A DNA stretch of 63,681 nt, the filler included. It is 5 parts of 5 records of this genome, joined end to end, with 100 filler letters (N's around TTAATTAATTAA, not from the genome) between each part and the next. Parts side by side here need not be neighbours in the genome. Positions count along the whole stretch, not along the records: positions 1 to 16,526 come from SRR31156797_3744; 4 more parts are not named here. One strand, given 5' to 3'. Position numbers and translations under genes: made by a program. Below, piece after piece: positions 1 through 10,469 of this stretch (positions are counted from its first letter, which is position 1; each line of letters starts with the position of its first letter). Under the pieces are notes generated by a model. That model saw only the letters and a program-made list of their open reading frames with translations, was not told the DNA's origin and did no database searches.

Positions 1-2
1 TG

Positions 3-803
3 GTTACAGGCGGCGGCACAATGTATGTAACTAACTGTGACATTGAGACAGATGGCGGCTCATCAGCAGCGTTAAGAACCGACAGAGGCGGCGGCACATT
101 GGTTGTAGATGGCGGACAATATATAGCAAATGGTAATGGCTCACCAGCAATCTATTGTACAGCAGATATTACAGTATCCAATGCAACACTTGAGGCAACT
201 ACGTCTGAGGCAGTTGTAGTGGAGGGTAAAAACTCTGTAAAACTAATTGATTGTGACTTAACAGGCAACATGATAAAGGATAATGTAGAAAACCTACAAA
301 ATGTAATGATATATCAAAGTATGTCAGGTGATGCTGATGTAGGTAAAAGCTATTTTATAATGGAGGGCGGCAGCCTTACAGGAAATAACGGTGATATGAT
401 TTATGTAACAAATACTGCATGTGAAATCAGCTTAACAAACGTAGAATTGAATTTGTATAATGACGTACTACTAAAAGTTGTTGGTAATGATGCCAGGAAT
501 GGCTGGGGTACTGTTGGAAGCAATGGCGGAGACTGCCTATTTACAGCTGATACTCAAGAGCTGATAGGCAATATCATTATTGATGAAATCTCAACACTTG
601 ATATGTCCTTAACCAATGGTTCATCTTTTTCAGGCTCAATTAATAGTGAGAACCAAGGCGGTGATGTATCAGTACATATTGATGAAACAAGCACATGGAC
701 GTTAACTGCTGACTCATATGTTACATCTGTGGATGGCTCAACAGATAACATAGACACAAATGGCCATACATTGTATGTAAATGGTACATCACTAGAACAA
801 TAG
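3..803 (+). CDS. C-terminal part of an acidic right-handed beta-helix (adhesin/autotransporter-passenger-like) secreted protein; 5'-truncated by the window edge
   Basis: The frame is open from position 3. Motifs AALRTDRGGGTL, GSPAIYCT and STWTLTADSYV parallel ALATDTGGGVI, CAGVYSIG and SVWTVTSDATV in the 1062-aa protein at 2290-5478. Confidence 0.6.
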   Translation, partial: VTGGGTMYVTNCDIETDGGSSAALRTDRGGGTLVVDGGQYIANGNGSPAIYCTADITVSNATLEATTSEAVVVEGKNSVKLIDCDLTGNMIKDNVENLQNVMIYQSMSGDADVGKSYFIMEGGSLTGNNGDMIYVTNTACEISLTNVELNLYNDVLLKVVGNDARNGWGTVGSNGGDCLFTADTQELIGNIIIDEISTLDMSLTNGSSFSGSINSENQGGDVSVHIDETSTWTLTADSYVTSVDGSTDNIDTNGHTLYVNGTSLEQ

Positions 804-832
804 AGAACAATAACTACTAATACTTTATCTAG

Positions 833-866
833 AAGAACCACTTATGATAAATAAGGGGTTCTTTTT
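833..866 (+). terminator. Rho-independent terminator
   Basis: Stem aagaaccacttat/ataaggggttctt followed by a T run, just after the stop at 803. Confidence 0.65.
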
Positions 867-972
867 GTAATCAATATTCTATATTAAATCTAACAGAATT
901 TGGTTAATTAGTGAACTTGTTTATTAAAGGGAATTAATTAGTTGATCTACAAATTGCATTTAATCAAGCATA

Positions 973-1659
973 CTATAATTTGTCAATCCACTCATGTCCA
1001 TCTGGATAGGAAATGATAAGGCTGTCCTTCAGCCATACTATCTATTCATTTGTCATTTTATTTAGTGCTGTATCAAAATCATGCTTAGTATTATTAATCA
1101 TATTATGCAAATCTTCATTCTCTGTTCCTAGATAATTGACAAAAGTAGATTTGTATAATGACACCAGCTCAGGTGAAAGAAATGGAATACCATTTCCAGT
1201 TATCAGAATTGCATCATATAGCGGCAATGAAATATTATTATTTCGCTTTTATAGAAACTGATTGTTTTCTTTAGTATTGAATAGAAATCCTATGAAATCC
1301 AGACTTGTCTGATTATCAATTTTGTATAATATATCGTAGTAATCATCATACAAATGAGATATGCTGTATATATTATTGCTATCTGATAAGCACCATATAT
1401 TACCACTTGTACATTTATCACTCTGAATACTCGTTATTTGATGTAATTTATCATCGTCAGGTTCAAAGACTCTTCAGCCTTTATTTAGCATATACTTAAT
1501 GATTGCTTCTCTATCGTACCAGAATACTGAAATATCTAAATCTTTGTGTTTACGTGTCTGATTCCCGATAAATAGATCTATGGCATCACCGCCGCATACT
1601 GCCTATTCAGCATTGCTGTCTTTGAAAAAATTATAAAATTCAAAAATCATATTTAACAT
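973..1659 (-). pseudogene. Pseudogene of an aminoglycoside/lincosamide nucleotidyltransferase-like protein (ANT(2'')/Lnu-like fold)
   Basis: Manual translation gives one frame: MLNMIFEFYNFFKDSNAE*AVCGGDAIDLFIGNQTRKHKDLDI...G*RVF...FL*KRN...GIPFLSPELVSLYKS...NE*IVWLK...GHEWIDKL*. It has the GGxAIDL..TRxHxDxD signature and internal stops at 1603-1605 (TAG), 1474-1476 (TGA), 1249-1251 (TAA) and 1042-1044 (TAG). Confidence 0.8.
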
Positions 1660-1688
1660 AGGGTGCTCCTTTACAAAAATATCTGCAG

Positions 1689-2108
1689 TTATTCTTTCTC
1701 TGAAAATAGTGATTTCATACTTTGGCTAAGGAGCAATATCAATACTACTAGTCTTGTTATTAGACTGAAAACAGCAAATAAATCACCTAATAATATTGCT
1801 ATAATGCAGCCTGCTGCAGAAATTGATATTACTGCAACACCGAAATATAAGCAGAAAATCTTCTTTCTTTTAAGTCCATATATAAGCAAGAAGGCAGATG
1901 TGATTTCCAATACAGCTAGAGTTATACTGTATACGAAGACAAAAGGTATGTCAGGATCTTGTCCTTGGAGATTCAGCATAGAGTTTAGACTAAGATTTTC
2001 CAAGCCTGCTACAGTTTTTCTCAATATACCTGTAATACCGCCGATAAAGAGCAAAATAATAATTAGATATAGTAAAAAAATATATACTGACGACTTATTT
2101 GATTTCAT
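1689..2108 (-). CDS. Small integral membrane protein (about 4 TM), function unknown
   Basis: 139-aa ORF with four hydrophobic stretches, a GGGGA RBS and the same orientation as its neighbours. Confidence 0.65.
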   Translation of the reverse strand: MKSNKSSVYIFLLYLIIILLFIGGITGILRKTVAGLENLSLNSMLNLQGQDPDIPFVFVYSITLAVLEITSAFLLIYGLKRKKIFCLYFGVAVISISAAGCIIAILLGDLFAVFSLITRLVVLILLLSQSMKSLFSEKE

Positions 2109-2289
2109 CTTATCCCCAATCGTTTATTTCTGTATTGTATTTAAAATCATGTATATAATATTAACACAAAAAAATAAAAATGGTAATGAACAATGTGTAT
2201 TGTGAGTCTAGATATGTTCTGGATTATATTTAAATAAGGCTGCCCTAAAAAGAGCAGCCCATAATAATAATTATTCAGAGAAATCTATT

Positions 2290-5200
2290 TTAAGATTCGC
2301 TTTCGGAGCTTGGAGGAGTACCGCCTTCACCGTCTGGAGGAGTACCATCTTCGCCGCCTTGAGGAGCGCCACCTTCACCATCTGGAGGAGTACCACCTTC
2401 GCCACCTTGAGGAGCATCACCTTCACCATCTGGCATTTCCATACCTTCTGGAGGCTCCATACCCTCTGGCATCTCCATGCCTTCAGCAGATTCCATACCT
2501 TCAGGAGCCATACCGCCCATATTAGAAGCTTCTATGATATTAATTGCTTCAGCGTCAAATACATATGTAACATTTCCAACTGTATAATCTTCTGATATTT
2601 CCTGATTGTTTATTGTAAGAGTTCCAGCAATTGTAATTGTAACTGCTTCATCAGCAACTATACAATCTTCACTATCCATTGTTATGTTGTTTACAGTGGC
2701 ATCACTGGTTACTGTCCATACTGAATCAGCATCAAAAGTCAAGTTAGTAACTCCTGAATTATCGGCACAAAGAACTGTACCTTCCCATTCAGAATTTGTG
2801 AAGTATGCGTTTAATGTATTTGAGCCAGAGCCTAAGTTTGGATTATCACTGCTCTCTGTACCTTCACCTATGTAGAAGTCGCCCACTAGTTCACATGTTT
2901 GAGTTCTTTCGCCTGTTAAATCCCATTGTGTAGAACTGTTTTCATCAGTAAAGTAAACATTACCTGTACCGCCGCTTTCTACAGAAATCAATAGGTTATC
3001 AGCGGGTGTTTGACCCTCTGCAATAGCCTCATCTGACAAAGTGCCATATTCTTCGTAGTTCTGATTAATTAGCAAAGTGCTGGTTACATATACAGGAGTA
3101 GCTGAATTCTCAACATAGATTACTGCGAATTTATTACCGCCTGAATATCCAGGTGTTTTTGATTTATCAGTAAACCACCATTCCAGAGAATCTTCATAGA
3201 AAGAAGGATCGTTAGCTTTGTCTAAGAAGATGTTCAATTGGTTGGAGCCTGTACCTTGCTCTGCCATTGAATCGTCCCAATCATCTGGACTAGCTACGTC
3301 GTACGCTTCAATCATCTCTTCATCATCATAGTATGCTGAGATACGGCTGTTTTCTACGATTACACCTGTTTCATCTGAATCTGTATTACCGCCTGCACGG
3401 GTTTTGATACCCATAACACCTGTAATATCTGAGTTGTATGCATAGATGTATCCGCCTGATGCTGAACATAGTCCTGCATCCAATGCTGCTGTCAATGTTG
3501 AGTTATAGCAGTATACCCAGCTCTCGTTGAATCCGATTGAATACACACCAGCACAGCGCAAGCCGTATGTCATTGTAGTTACTTGGTTGGCTACTATAAC
3601 TCCGCCGCCTGTGTCAGTTGCCAATGCTGTACCTGCTTCATCTCCTGTAACGATTACTGTTACATCGTCTTCGTGTTCACCAAATACACCTTCCATGTCT
3701 CCATCTTCATTACGTGTCATTGAACCTAAATCAGATGATGGACGTGTAGTAGCAGTAAGTGTTGATGAATCTGTATTAATAGTGCCTTCATCACTTACCA
3801 GATTGGTATCCTCTGTGTTGATGTAAATCTGACCGCCTGTAGATACATATGGACCGTGACCACCGCTTGAGCATGAGAAAACATCTCCACCCTCGATGTC
3901 TAATACACCGGAAGCTAAAGAATATATTGAGTTTACTGTACCTAGAATTCTTGGAGTAATCAGCTTCAGATATGCTGTATCTTCATTAACTGTGTTTGTA
4001 GCTGGAGTAGTTGCGTCTCCACCGTCAACATGAATAGCTGAACCCAGACCAAAGAAGTTACCTGCTTCTGATGGACCTCTGCTTGAGGTGTATACATCTG
4101 CTGTTAAATCAGTAACAGTTAAGTCAGCACCCTCTTGAACGAATATCGCAGCTGTGTTTGTGTAGCTGTTATCAACATCCACTACACCAAAACTGTCTAA
4201 ATCAACTTCATCTTCTGAAATTTCCTTGTACAGATAAGTACAGTACAGAGCAACAGTGCCTTGTGCTGGTCCGGAAGATACTTCCTCATAATAATTGTAC
4301 AGACGTACTAAATCATAATCCTGTCCATATACCAAGCCTTCTGCTTCATATACTCCGTTTATTGCTTCTGCTTTGCTGTAATACTCTGGTTCTTCTGATT
4401 TTTGTGATGAATATACCATTTCATAAAGTGTATCATCAGCAGCATAATATTTACCTGTTGAGATTCCTACTGTATTTTCATACTTTGTAGTAGTACCTGT
4501 ATTTACAGCTTGATATGTATATACATCTCCTGGAAGCTCAGCTCCGTCAGTTACTGCATCCATATTGACTTCTGGTGCTTCATAGCTGGATGCTGAAGTA
4601 TCTGCAGTTCTGGTATCTTCTGGATCCTCTTCAAATGTTACAGATATTTCAGAAGAGTTTTGGTCGAAATTGTAGCTGATAGTGATTTCATTTTGCTTTG
4701 CTTCACCTTGTAGGAAATCGTATGATTCACCATCAATTGTTACACTTGCAATCTTATATCCAATATCAGAAGAAATCAGGATATTCTTAGAGTAACTGCC
4801 GTCAAGCATTGCTTTTGGCAGATAATATGTTCCGTTTGGCTGTACATAACCATTTTCACCTGCTGTAACTGTAAATATATTATATGAACCTTGTTCCAAA
4901 TACTCTAATGTTTTATCAGCTGCTTCTACATACTCTTGTGATGCACTATTTTCTTCTACATAGTAAGTTCCGCCCTGACAGCTAAGCAATGAATTTTCCA
5001 GAATAGATGTAATACTACTTGGGAATACCCAGCCTGCTGTGTCGTTATAGTCATATACTGCACGAGCACTTACATTTATTACGCTGGTTGGTATCAGAAC
5101 GAAGTTATTGCTTACTTTGTTGTTTGATAATACATTCTGTTCACCATCTCCCAGTGTAGCAACGGTATATCCATTTAGTTCTGCTGGTATCATTACTACA

Positions 5201-5478
5201 TTTTCTGATTTTTCTGAGCCATCACCCCACAGTACGGTAGCAGTACCTTCTTCTGTAATTGTATAAACCCAGTTACCCTGTGTATAATTGACACCAACTT
5301 CAACTTCAGAATTAGCTTCAGTATCAGTTTCAATTGTAGTTTCAACTTCGGCTTCTGTGGAAGTATCGGCGGTTCTAGTTGTTTCATCTTGTTCAGTTGA
5401 TTCTGTGCAGGATGTAAGCAGCAATGCACTGCTTAGTATAAAGACTAGAATCAAATATAAATATGATGTTTTTTTCAC
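2290..5478 (-). CDS. Large acidic lipoprotein: short BspA/LRR-like segment, beta-helix domain and C-terminal Gly/Pro/Glu repeats
   Basis: Lipobox LLLTSC, GTG start with GGAGG RBS, LIPTSVINV/VFPSSITSI LRR-like units, very D/E/T-rich, C-terminal PEGME and GGTPPDGEGGAPQGGE repeats. Confidence 0.8.
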   Translation of the reverse strand: MKKTSYLYLILVFILSSALLLTSCTESTEQDETTRTADTSTEAEVETTIETDTEANSEVEVGVNYTQGNWVYTITEEGTATVLWGDGSEKSENVVMIPAELNGYTVATLGDGEQNVLSNNKVSNNFVLIPTSVINVSARAVYDYNDTAGWVFPSSITSILENSLLSCQGGTYYVEENSASQEYVEAADKTLEYLEQGSYNIFTVTAGENGYVQPNGTYYLPKAMLDGSYSKNILISSDIGYKIASVTIDGESYDFLQGEAKQNEITISYNFDQNSSEISVTFEEDPEDTRTADTSASSYEAPEVNMDAVTDGAELPGDVYTYQAVNTGTTTKYENTVGISTGKYYAADDTLYEMVYSSQKSEEPEYYSKAEAINGVYEAEGLVYGQDYDLVRLYNYYEEVSSGPAQGTVALYCTYLYKEISEDEVDLDSFGVVDVDNSYTNTAAIFVQEGADLTVTDLTADVYTSSRGPSEAGNFFGLGSAIHVDGGDATTPATNTVNEDTAYLKLITPRILGTVNSIYSLASGVLDIEGGDVFSCSSGGHGPYVSTGGQIYINTEDTNLVSDEGTINTDSSTLTATTRPSSDLGSMTRNEDGDMEGVFGEHEDDVTVIVTGDEAGTALATDTGGGVIVANQVTTMTYGLRCAGVYSIGFNESWVYCYNSTLTAALDAGLCSASGGYIYAYNSDITGVMGIKTRAGGNTDSDETGVIVENSRISAYYDDEEMIEAYDVASPDDWDDSMAEQGTGSNQLNIFLDKANDPSFYEDSLEWWFTDKSKTPGYSGGNKFAVIYVENSATPVYVTSTLLINQNYEEYGTLSDEAIAEGQTPADNLLISVESGGTGNVYFTDENSSTQWDLTGERTQTCELVGDFYIGEGTESSDNPNLGSGSNTLNAYFTNSEWEGTVLCADNSGVTNLTFDADSVWTVTSDATVNNITMDSEDCIVADEAVTITIAGTLTINNQEISEDYTVGNVTYVFDAEAINIIEASNMGGMAPEGMESAEGMEMPEGMEPPEGMEMPDGEGDAPQGGEGGTPPDGEGGAPQGGEDGTPPDGEGGTPPSSESES

Positions 5479-5696
5479 ATTTGCCTCCTAAAATTATTAG
5501 TCTTCACTATCATACATATCATAGCTTAAAATAAACTTAAGGTACTTATTAGATTTATCTTTTTTGTATACTAACTAGGTATTGTTATGAGTGCTATCAA
5601 AATGTTGTGACCAAATTTGACATTTGTTCTAAAATGATATTAATGATTTTGTTTATAGTGCTAAAAAAGTGTTAACAATATAAATATCCAGTAATA

Positions 5697-5731
5697 TAAC
5701 TTAGTTTAGTAACTAAGTAACGTAACTTAGT
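5697..5731. promoter_or_regulatory. Probable operator: three TAACTWAGT boxes with 13-bp period
   Basis: taacttagt at 5697-5705, taactaagt at 5710-5718 and taacttagt at 5723-5731. The cores acttagt and actaagt are reverse complements. The array lies just upstream of the decayed sugar-ABC operon. Confidence 0.5.
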
Positions 5732-5746
5732 AATAAAACGAAGAAT

Positions 5747-6421
5747 ATGGAGGAAAGTATAAAAAGATTAGTAGTATTCATGCTGGTATTGGCAGCATTA
5801 CTAATGACAGTTGGGTGTTTAACAGAGACCGCTACCGATGCAAAAGATGCAACTGAGGAAAGCGAAGCAAGTGAAACAACAGAAGAAGCAGCCGAAGTAG
5901 CACAGGAGGAAGAACCATAGGTTGCTTACTTTGTAGGAATTATGTCAGGTGGACCTGCTTGGGGACAAGCTCAAAAGGGATTCGAAGAAGCATGTGCTGA
6001 ATTAGGTTGGGAAGGTTATTATTTAGCTCCTGCTACACCAAATGATACAGTAGAAATGGCTGGATATATCGAAACTGCTATTGCTCACAATGCTGATGCC
6101 ATTGTTGGATTGATGTACAGTGCAGACATCTTTGGTGATTCAATTTCAAGAGCAAGAGAAAACGGCACATTAATTGCAACAACAAACTGTTTTTTAACTG
6201 AGGAATACGAAGACTTTTGGATTGGTACAGCACCAGATGGAATGGGTAGAGCACAGGCTGAAGCATTGGTTAATATTGCAAATGGCGAAGAAACCACGGT
6301 TGTATATATGCAGACAGGACTAGATGCAGAAACACAAATGATGCAGTTTGAAGCATTTAGTGCATATTTAGCAGACTACGATAACATTATTGTTAATGGT
6401 AATTATAGTGGGTATTGTTAA
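5747..6421 (+). pseudogene. Sugar ABC transporter substrate-binding lipoprotein (RbsB-like), nonsense codon and 3' deletion
   Basis: Signal/lipobox KRLVVFMLVLAALLMTVGC is in frame with the 5942-6421 ORF but separated by TAG at 5918-5920. The periplasmic-binding motifs (KGFEEACAELG, ADAIV, FWIGT) break off mid-domain. Confidence 0.75.
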
Positions 6422-6611
6422 TCCAGCATTTTTTAGAGCAGATAATTTATTCGATGTGTTACGTACAACCAGTTATTCATTTATTATTGCAGCACCATTG
6501 ACATTGCTAATGATAGTTGGTCAGTTTACAAAAGGCGTAAAGAAAAAAGTATTTATTGAAGGAAAAGAGAAAAAATATTTGACTCATTTGTTTTCAAAAG
6601 TGAGTCTGTAG
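6390..6611 (+). pseudogene. Fragment of an RbsC-like sugar ABC permease fused to unrelated sequence
   Basis: IVGIVNPAFFRADNLFDVLRTTSYSFIIAAPLTLLMIVGQ is a typical permease N-terminal segment, followed by non-permease sequence. Confidence 0.6.
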
Positions 6612-6661
6612 TTAAGTGCGCTTTTAGGTGCCAAAAACAGAGGAAAGGTCTTAATAAAAAG

Positions 6662-7468
6662 ATGAAAAAACAAGAAGTTATAGACAAGATTAAAGAATTC
6701 CATCCACAGCTGGATGAAAAATGGAAAACTTGCGATACATTTAAATGTGGCAATACGCAGGATGAATGTACAGGAATAGTTAGCACTTGTGCTGCTTCAA
6801 TAGATGTAGTAAATCAAACTATTGAGCTGGGGTACAATCTGATAATAGTCCATGAACCTTCTTTTTACTCTCATATGGATAAAACAGATTGGCTTGAAGG
6901 GAAAAATGAAGTATATGATAGGAAAATAAAGCTGCTAAATGATAATGGTATAGCTATTTGGCGAGATCGCGATCATATGCATACACATCGACCAGATCTC
7001 ATTTTTAGCGGTATTGATAAGATAATAGGTTGGTAGAAATATACGAATAAAGAGAAACAATTCCCTAAGATTTATACTATCCCGAAAACTACAGTACCAG
7101 AGTTAGCTGAATTCTTAAAGGAAAAATTTCATCTGGATGTTTTGCGAGTTGTAGGCAGCCTTGAAGGAGAAGTAAACAAGGTAGGAATCTGCGGACATGT
7201 TTTTGATACTAGTCCACCTGAGATTGCAATAAGTATGCTAAATGAAGTTGACGTTGTTATTCCTATGGAATTAATTGACTGGACGGTTGCATCATATGCA
7301 AGAGATGCGGTGCAGCTAGGAATCAATAAAACAGTTATGCAGATAGGGCATTTTGCTTTAGAAGAACTAGGGATGGAATATGCAGTAGAATGGATTAAAC
7401 CCTTAGTTGATGAAAGTATACCTGTTAAGTTTATTCGTTCTGGAGATATGTACAAGTATTTCATTTGA
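6662..7468 (+). pseudogene. NIF3-like dinuclear metal-centre protein split by one in-frame TAG
   Basis: ORFs 6662-7036 and 7142-7468 share a frame, which is open across TAG 7034-7036 (IGW*KY). Motifs DTFKCGN, NLIIVHEPSFY, WRxxDHMH and IGHFALEELGM. Confidence 0.8.
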
Positions 7469-7503
7469 TAATACACTTTAAAATTAATTAAAAGAAATAG
7501 TAA

Positions 7504-8039
7504 ATGCAAAAAAATAATGTAAAACTCTGGACTGGGGGGTTTATTGGTATTACCTTTATCAATGTAATGCTTTTTTTGGAAATCAGGTTCAATTGTCAAC
7601 GTTTCCTCTATACTTGCATAGCTTAAACGGCACAGACTCTATTGTCGGCTTAAGTACAGCATTGACTACAGTAGCTGCCATTTTCGCTCGACCTTTTGCA
7701 GGAATAGCATTAGATAAAATCGGAAGACGTGTAATACTGCTGTTAGGTGCTTTATTAATGATGACTGCCCTGTATTTATATACAGTGTTTGACGTAATAA
7801 TCGCAATATTGTTGGTAAGAATCATTGCTGGGTTTGGTTGGGGCATATCCACAACATCTAGTAATACCATTGCTACTGATATAATTCCCAAAGAGAGATT
7901 TGGCGAAGGAATGGGATTCTTTAGTTTATCTCAAAGTTTATCTCTGGCATTGGCTCCAATGATTGGATTGGTTTTGTATACCGCAGCTGGTATTAAGGGG
8001 GTTTCATTTGTTGTGCTTAGTAAAGTTGGCGAACACTGA
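7504..8039 (+). pseudogene. MFS transporter pseudogene (frameshift in a T7 run, C-terminal half lost)
   Basis: ATG at 7504 gives MQKNNVKLWTGGFIGITFINVMLF. One extra T in the run at 7571-7577 would join it to STFPLYL...ARPFAGIALDKIGRR (MFS motif A). It ends after about 6 TM. Confidence 0.7.
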
Positions 8040-8122
8040 ATGAAGTGCTATTTATCAATTTAATATTTAAAAGGCACTAATTTGTAAAAGTGCCTTAAGT
8101 TATTTATCAGTGAACCCTTGTA

Positions 8123-8929
8123 TTAATCAGACATTACGCCTACCCTTACCGCATAGCTTTGCATTATGCCCTGTGTGTCAAATTTGCAAGTGAGTTCATA
8201 CTGCTCAAGGAACATATAGCTATGATTTGCTTCAAGTTCTTCTAGAGGCATATAATCTGCCCCACTGTTTTGGGTGAAAACTGCAAGAGATAGTGTTTGC
8301 ATATCTCCCTTATAAAGTACTGCACTTGGAGGAACAATTGAATACTCATCACTACCTGGATTCGCTCTATAGAAAATAGTAGTATAATCATAATCAATCT
8401 CCATATCAGAGGTAAAGAGCTTGGTAACTTCATCAATATTCATACCTACCTTGATACCCCGAGGACCTAGGTGTGTACTATCTGTAATCTGTGCTACAAC
8501 CAGCTTATCCTCTACAAAAACTAGTTGACCAAAAGAATAGGAACATATTTCACGTGCCTCTCCTGTAGCTTCCAGTACGATTTCCTGTATGCTTTGGGGT
8601 TCGCCTACTTTTATAATAATATTATCTTTGCTTTCCCCTAAATAAATATCTGAGAAGTATACATCCTCTGCAGAAAAGGGAGTACCATTTATTGTGGTAA
8701 CAGCAGTTGTATTATCCTCAGTTGAAATATTTTCACTTGGTTCATCACTTGCTTGGTTTGGATTGTTTTCTACGACTTCCCCATTATCAGACTGGGTGCT
8801 AGTTACCTCTTGTGAAGAATTAAGTTCTGAATTCTCTTCAGTTGTGATAGTGCTGGGTGTTGTACATCCTGCACAAAGCGATAATAAAAGCATTGTAAAT
8901 ATTAATGTTATAGTTCCTTTGTTAATCAT
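8123..8929 (-). CDS. Hypothetical lipoprotein
   Basis: Lipobox LCAGC, GGAGG RBS, acidic linker and GPRGIKVGM motif. Confidence 0.75.
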   Translation of the reverse strand: MINKGTITLIFTMLLLSLCAGCTTPSTITTEENSELNSSQEVTSTQSDNGEVVENNPNQASDEPSENISTEDNTTAVTTINGTPFSAEDVYFSDIYLGESKDNIIIKVGEPQSIQEIVLEATGEAREICSYSFGQLVFVEDKLVVAQITDSTHLGPRGIKVGMNIDEVTKLFTSDMEIDYDYTTIFYRANPGSDEYSIVPPSAVLYKGDMQTLSLAVFTQNSGADYMPLEELEANHSYMFLEQYELTCKFDTQGIMQSYAVRVGVMSD

Positions 8930-9647
8930 AATACCTCCATTGTTTTAATTATTAGACATGTTAAAAAACCCTTATTATTAAGCGAAATCAGGAATAGGAT
9001 TATTTGTAAGCATACCTAATTATAAGACGTTTTGAATTCGCTTTTAGTTCCATAGTAAATCAATTTAGTTTGATACTACTAGATTATACTATATAGTTTT
9101 TAATATTATGAAAACTTAAGAAAGTACTTTTAATAATTCTAACCCTTAAAATATAACTAATAATGCTAGCTTACGTATTTATTAAGAATATGCGTAGGTC
9201 TGTGTTTTTGAATTTAAAATCACCTTTCATAATTTATTTTATGAAAGATAAACAAATTTATATAGAAAAGGTAACAATATTAAAATATAAGATGTCATAG
9301 ACAGAATAATAAAAGCATATATAGATTATTTAGTTATATATAATACATCAATAGCTAGATGTTATATGTATAAATTTTATTCATTTCATTAATACAATAG
9401 TAAGTATACTTTCATATACTTTTATCGATATTTAATCGAAACAACATAAAAAGTCATGCAATTTTTTGGTGTGAATTGATTTAGTAAGTATGCAATGAAA
9501 CTTGTTGTATCTCATATGTTGCAATTTATTTATTGACATCCTGCATTTTGCCAACTATAATTAAATAAGGCAAGGTAGTCTGAGCAGAACGTTTCTGTCA
9601 GTCCTTGTCTTATATTTTATGCTTAATAATTGGAGGATTTTTGGTCT

Positions 9648-10370
9648 GTGATAAGAATGGAGAAGGTAAATAAATATTTTGGCGAGCTGCACGTTCTGAA
9701 GGATATTGACCTGGAAGTTGCAGAAGGCGAGAAATTGGTAATAATAGGACCTTCTGGTTCTGGTAAGTCTACAGCTGTTAGATGCATGAACTTTTTGGAG
9801 GAACCAACAAGCGGCAGTGTATATATAAATAACAAAAAGCTCAACCACAAAAACAAAACCAAAATAGTGAGAGAAAACACTTCTATGGTCTTTCAACAGT
9901 TTAACCTATATCCTCATATGACAGTTCTGAGGAACCTTACACTAGCACCTATCAAATTATATGGTAAGAGTAAAAAGGAAGCAGAAGAGCTGGCATATCA
10001 TTATCTGGATATTGTGGGATTGACGGATAAAGCACATGTATATCCTCCTACGCTTTCAGGAGGCCAGCAGCAGAGAATAGCTATTGCCAGAGCTTTGTGT
10101 TCGCAGACAAAGATTATATTATTTGACGAACCTACATCAGCACTTGATCCAGAAACAATACAGGAAGTATTAGATGTAATGATAAAGCTGGCAAAGGAAA
10201 ACATAACGATGGTAGTGGTAACCCATGAGATGGGATTTGCCAGAGAAGTGGCAGACCGCATCGTATTCATGGCAGATGGAGAAATAATTGAAGAAGGCAA
10301 ACCAGAACATTTCTTTAATAACCCTGAAAGTGAAAGACTCAAACAGTTCCTAGGAAAGATAATTAGATAA
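9648..10370 (+). CDS. Polar amino-acid ABC transporter ATP-binding protein (GlnQ/PEB1C-like); GTG start inferred (track start 9630)
   Basis: Walker A GPSGSGKS, LSGGQQQR signature, FDEPTSALDPE and VVVTHEMGFAREVADR. Confidence 0.95.
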   Translation: MIRMEKVNKYFGELHVLKDIDLEVAEGEKLVIIGPSGSGKSTAVRCMNFLEEPTSGSVYINNKKLNHKNKTKIVRENTSMVFQQFNLYPHMTVLRNLTLAPIKLYGKSKKEAEELAYHYLDIVGLTDKAHVYPPTLSGGQQQRIAIARALCSQTKIILFDEPTSALDPETIQEVLDVMIKLAKENITMVVVTHEMGFAREVADRIVFMADGEIIEEGKPEHFFNNPESERLKQFLGKIIR

Positions 10371-10469
10371 ACTAATTATCGATAACTTGTATCTTTTTAT
10401 CAACTCTACTATCAATAATAACACGCTAATTGGATCATCTGATCTAAAAAAATTTATAAGGAGATTAAA

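Noticed and set aside
2310-2520. Regularly spaced direct repeats resembling a CRISPR array
   Set aside because: They are in-frame coding repeats of the lipoprotein tail, with no unique spacers and no cas genes.
973-7468. Stop-codon reassignment or pyrrolysine read-through suggested by repeated in-frame TAGs
   Set aside because: TGA and TAA interruptions, a frameshift and deletions occur in the same genes or region. The TAGs replace different expected residues. Intact genes end in TAG (803, and in contig 2 at 20341, 22002, ppk2 and fbp). No pyl genes are visible.
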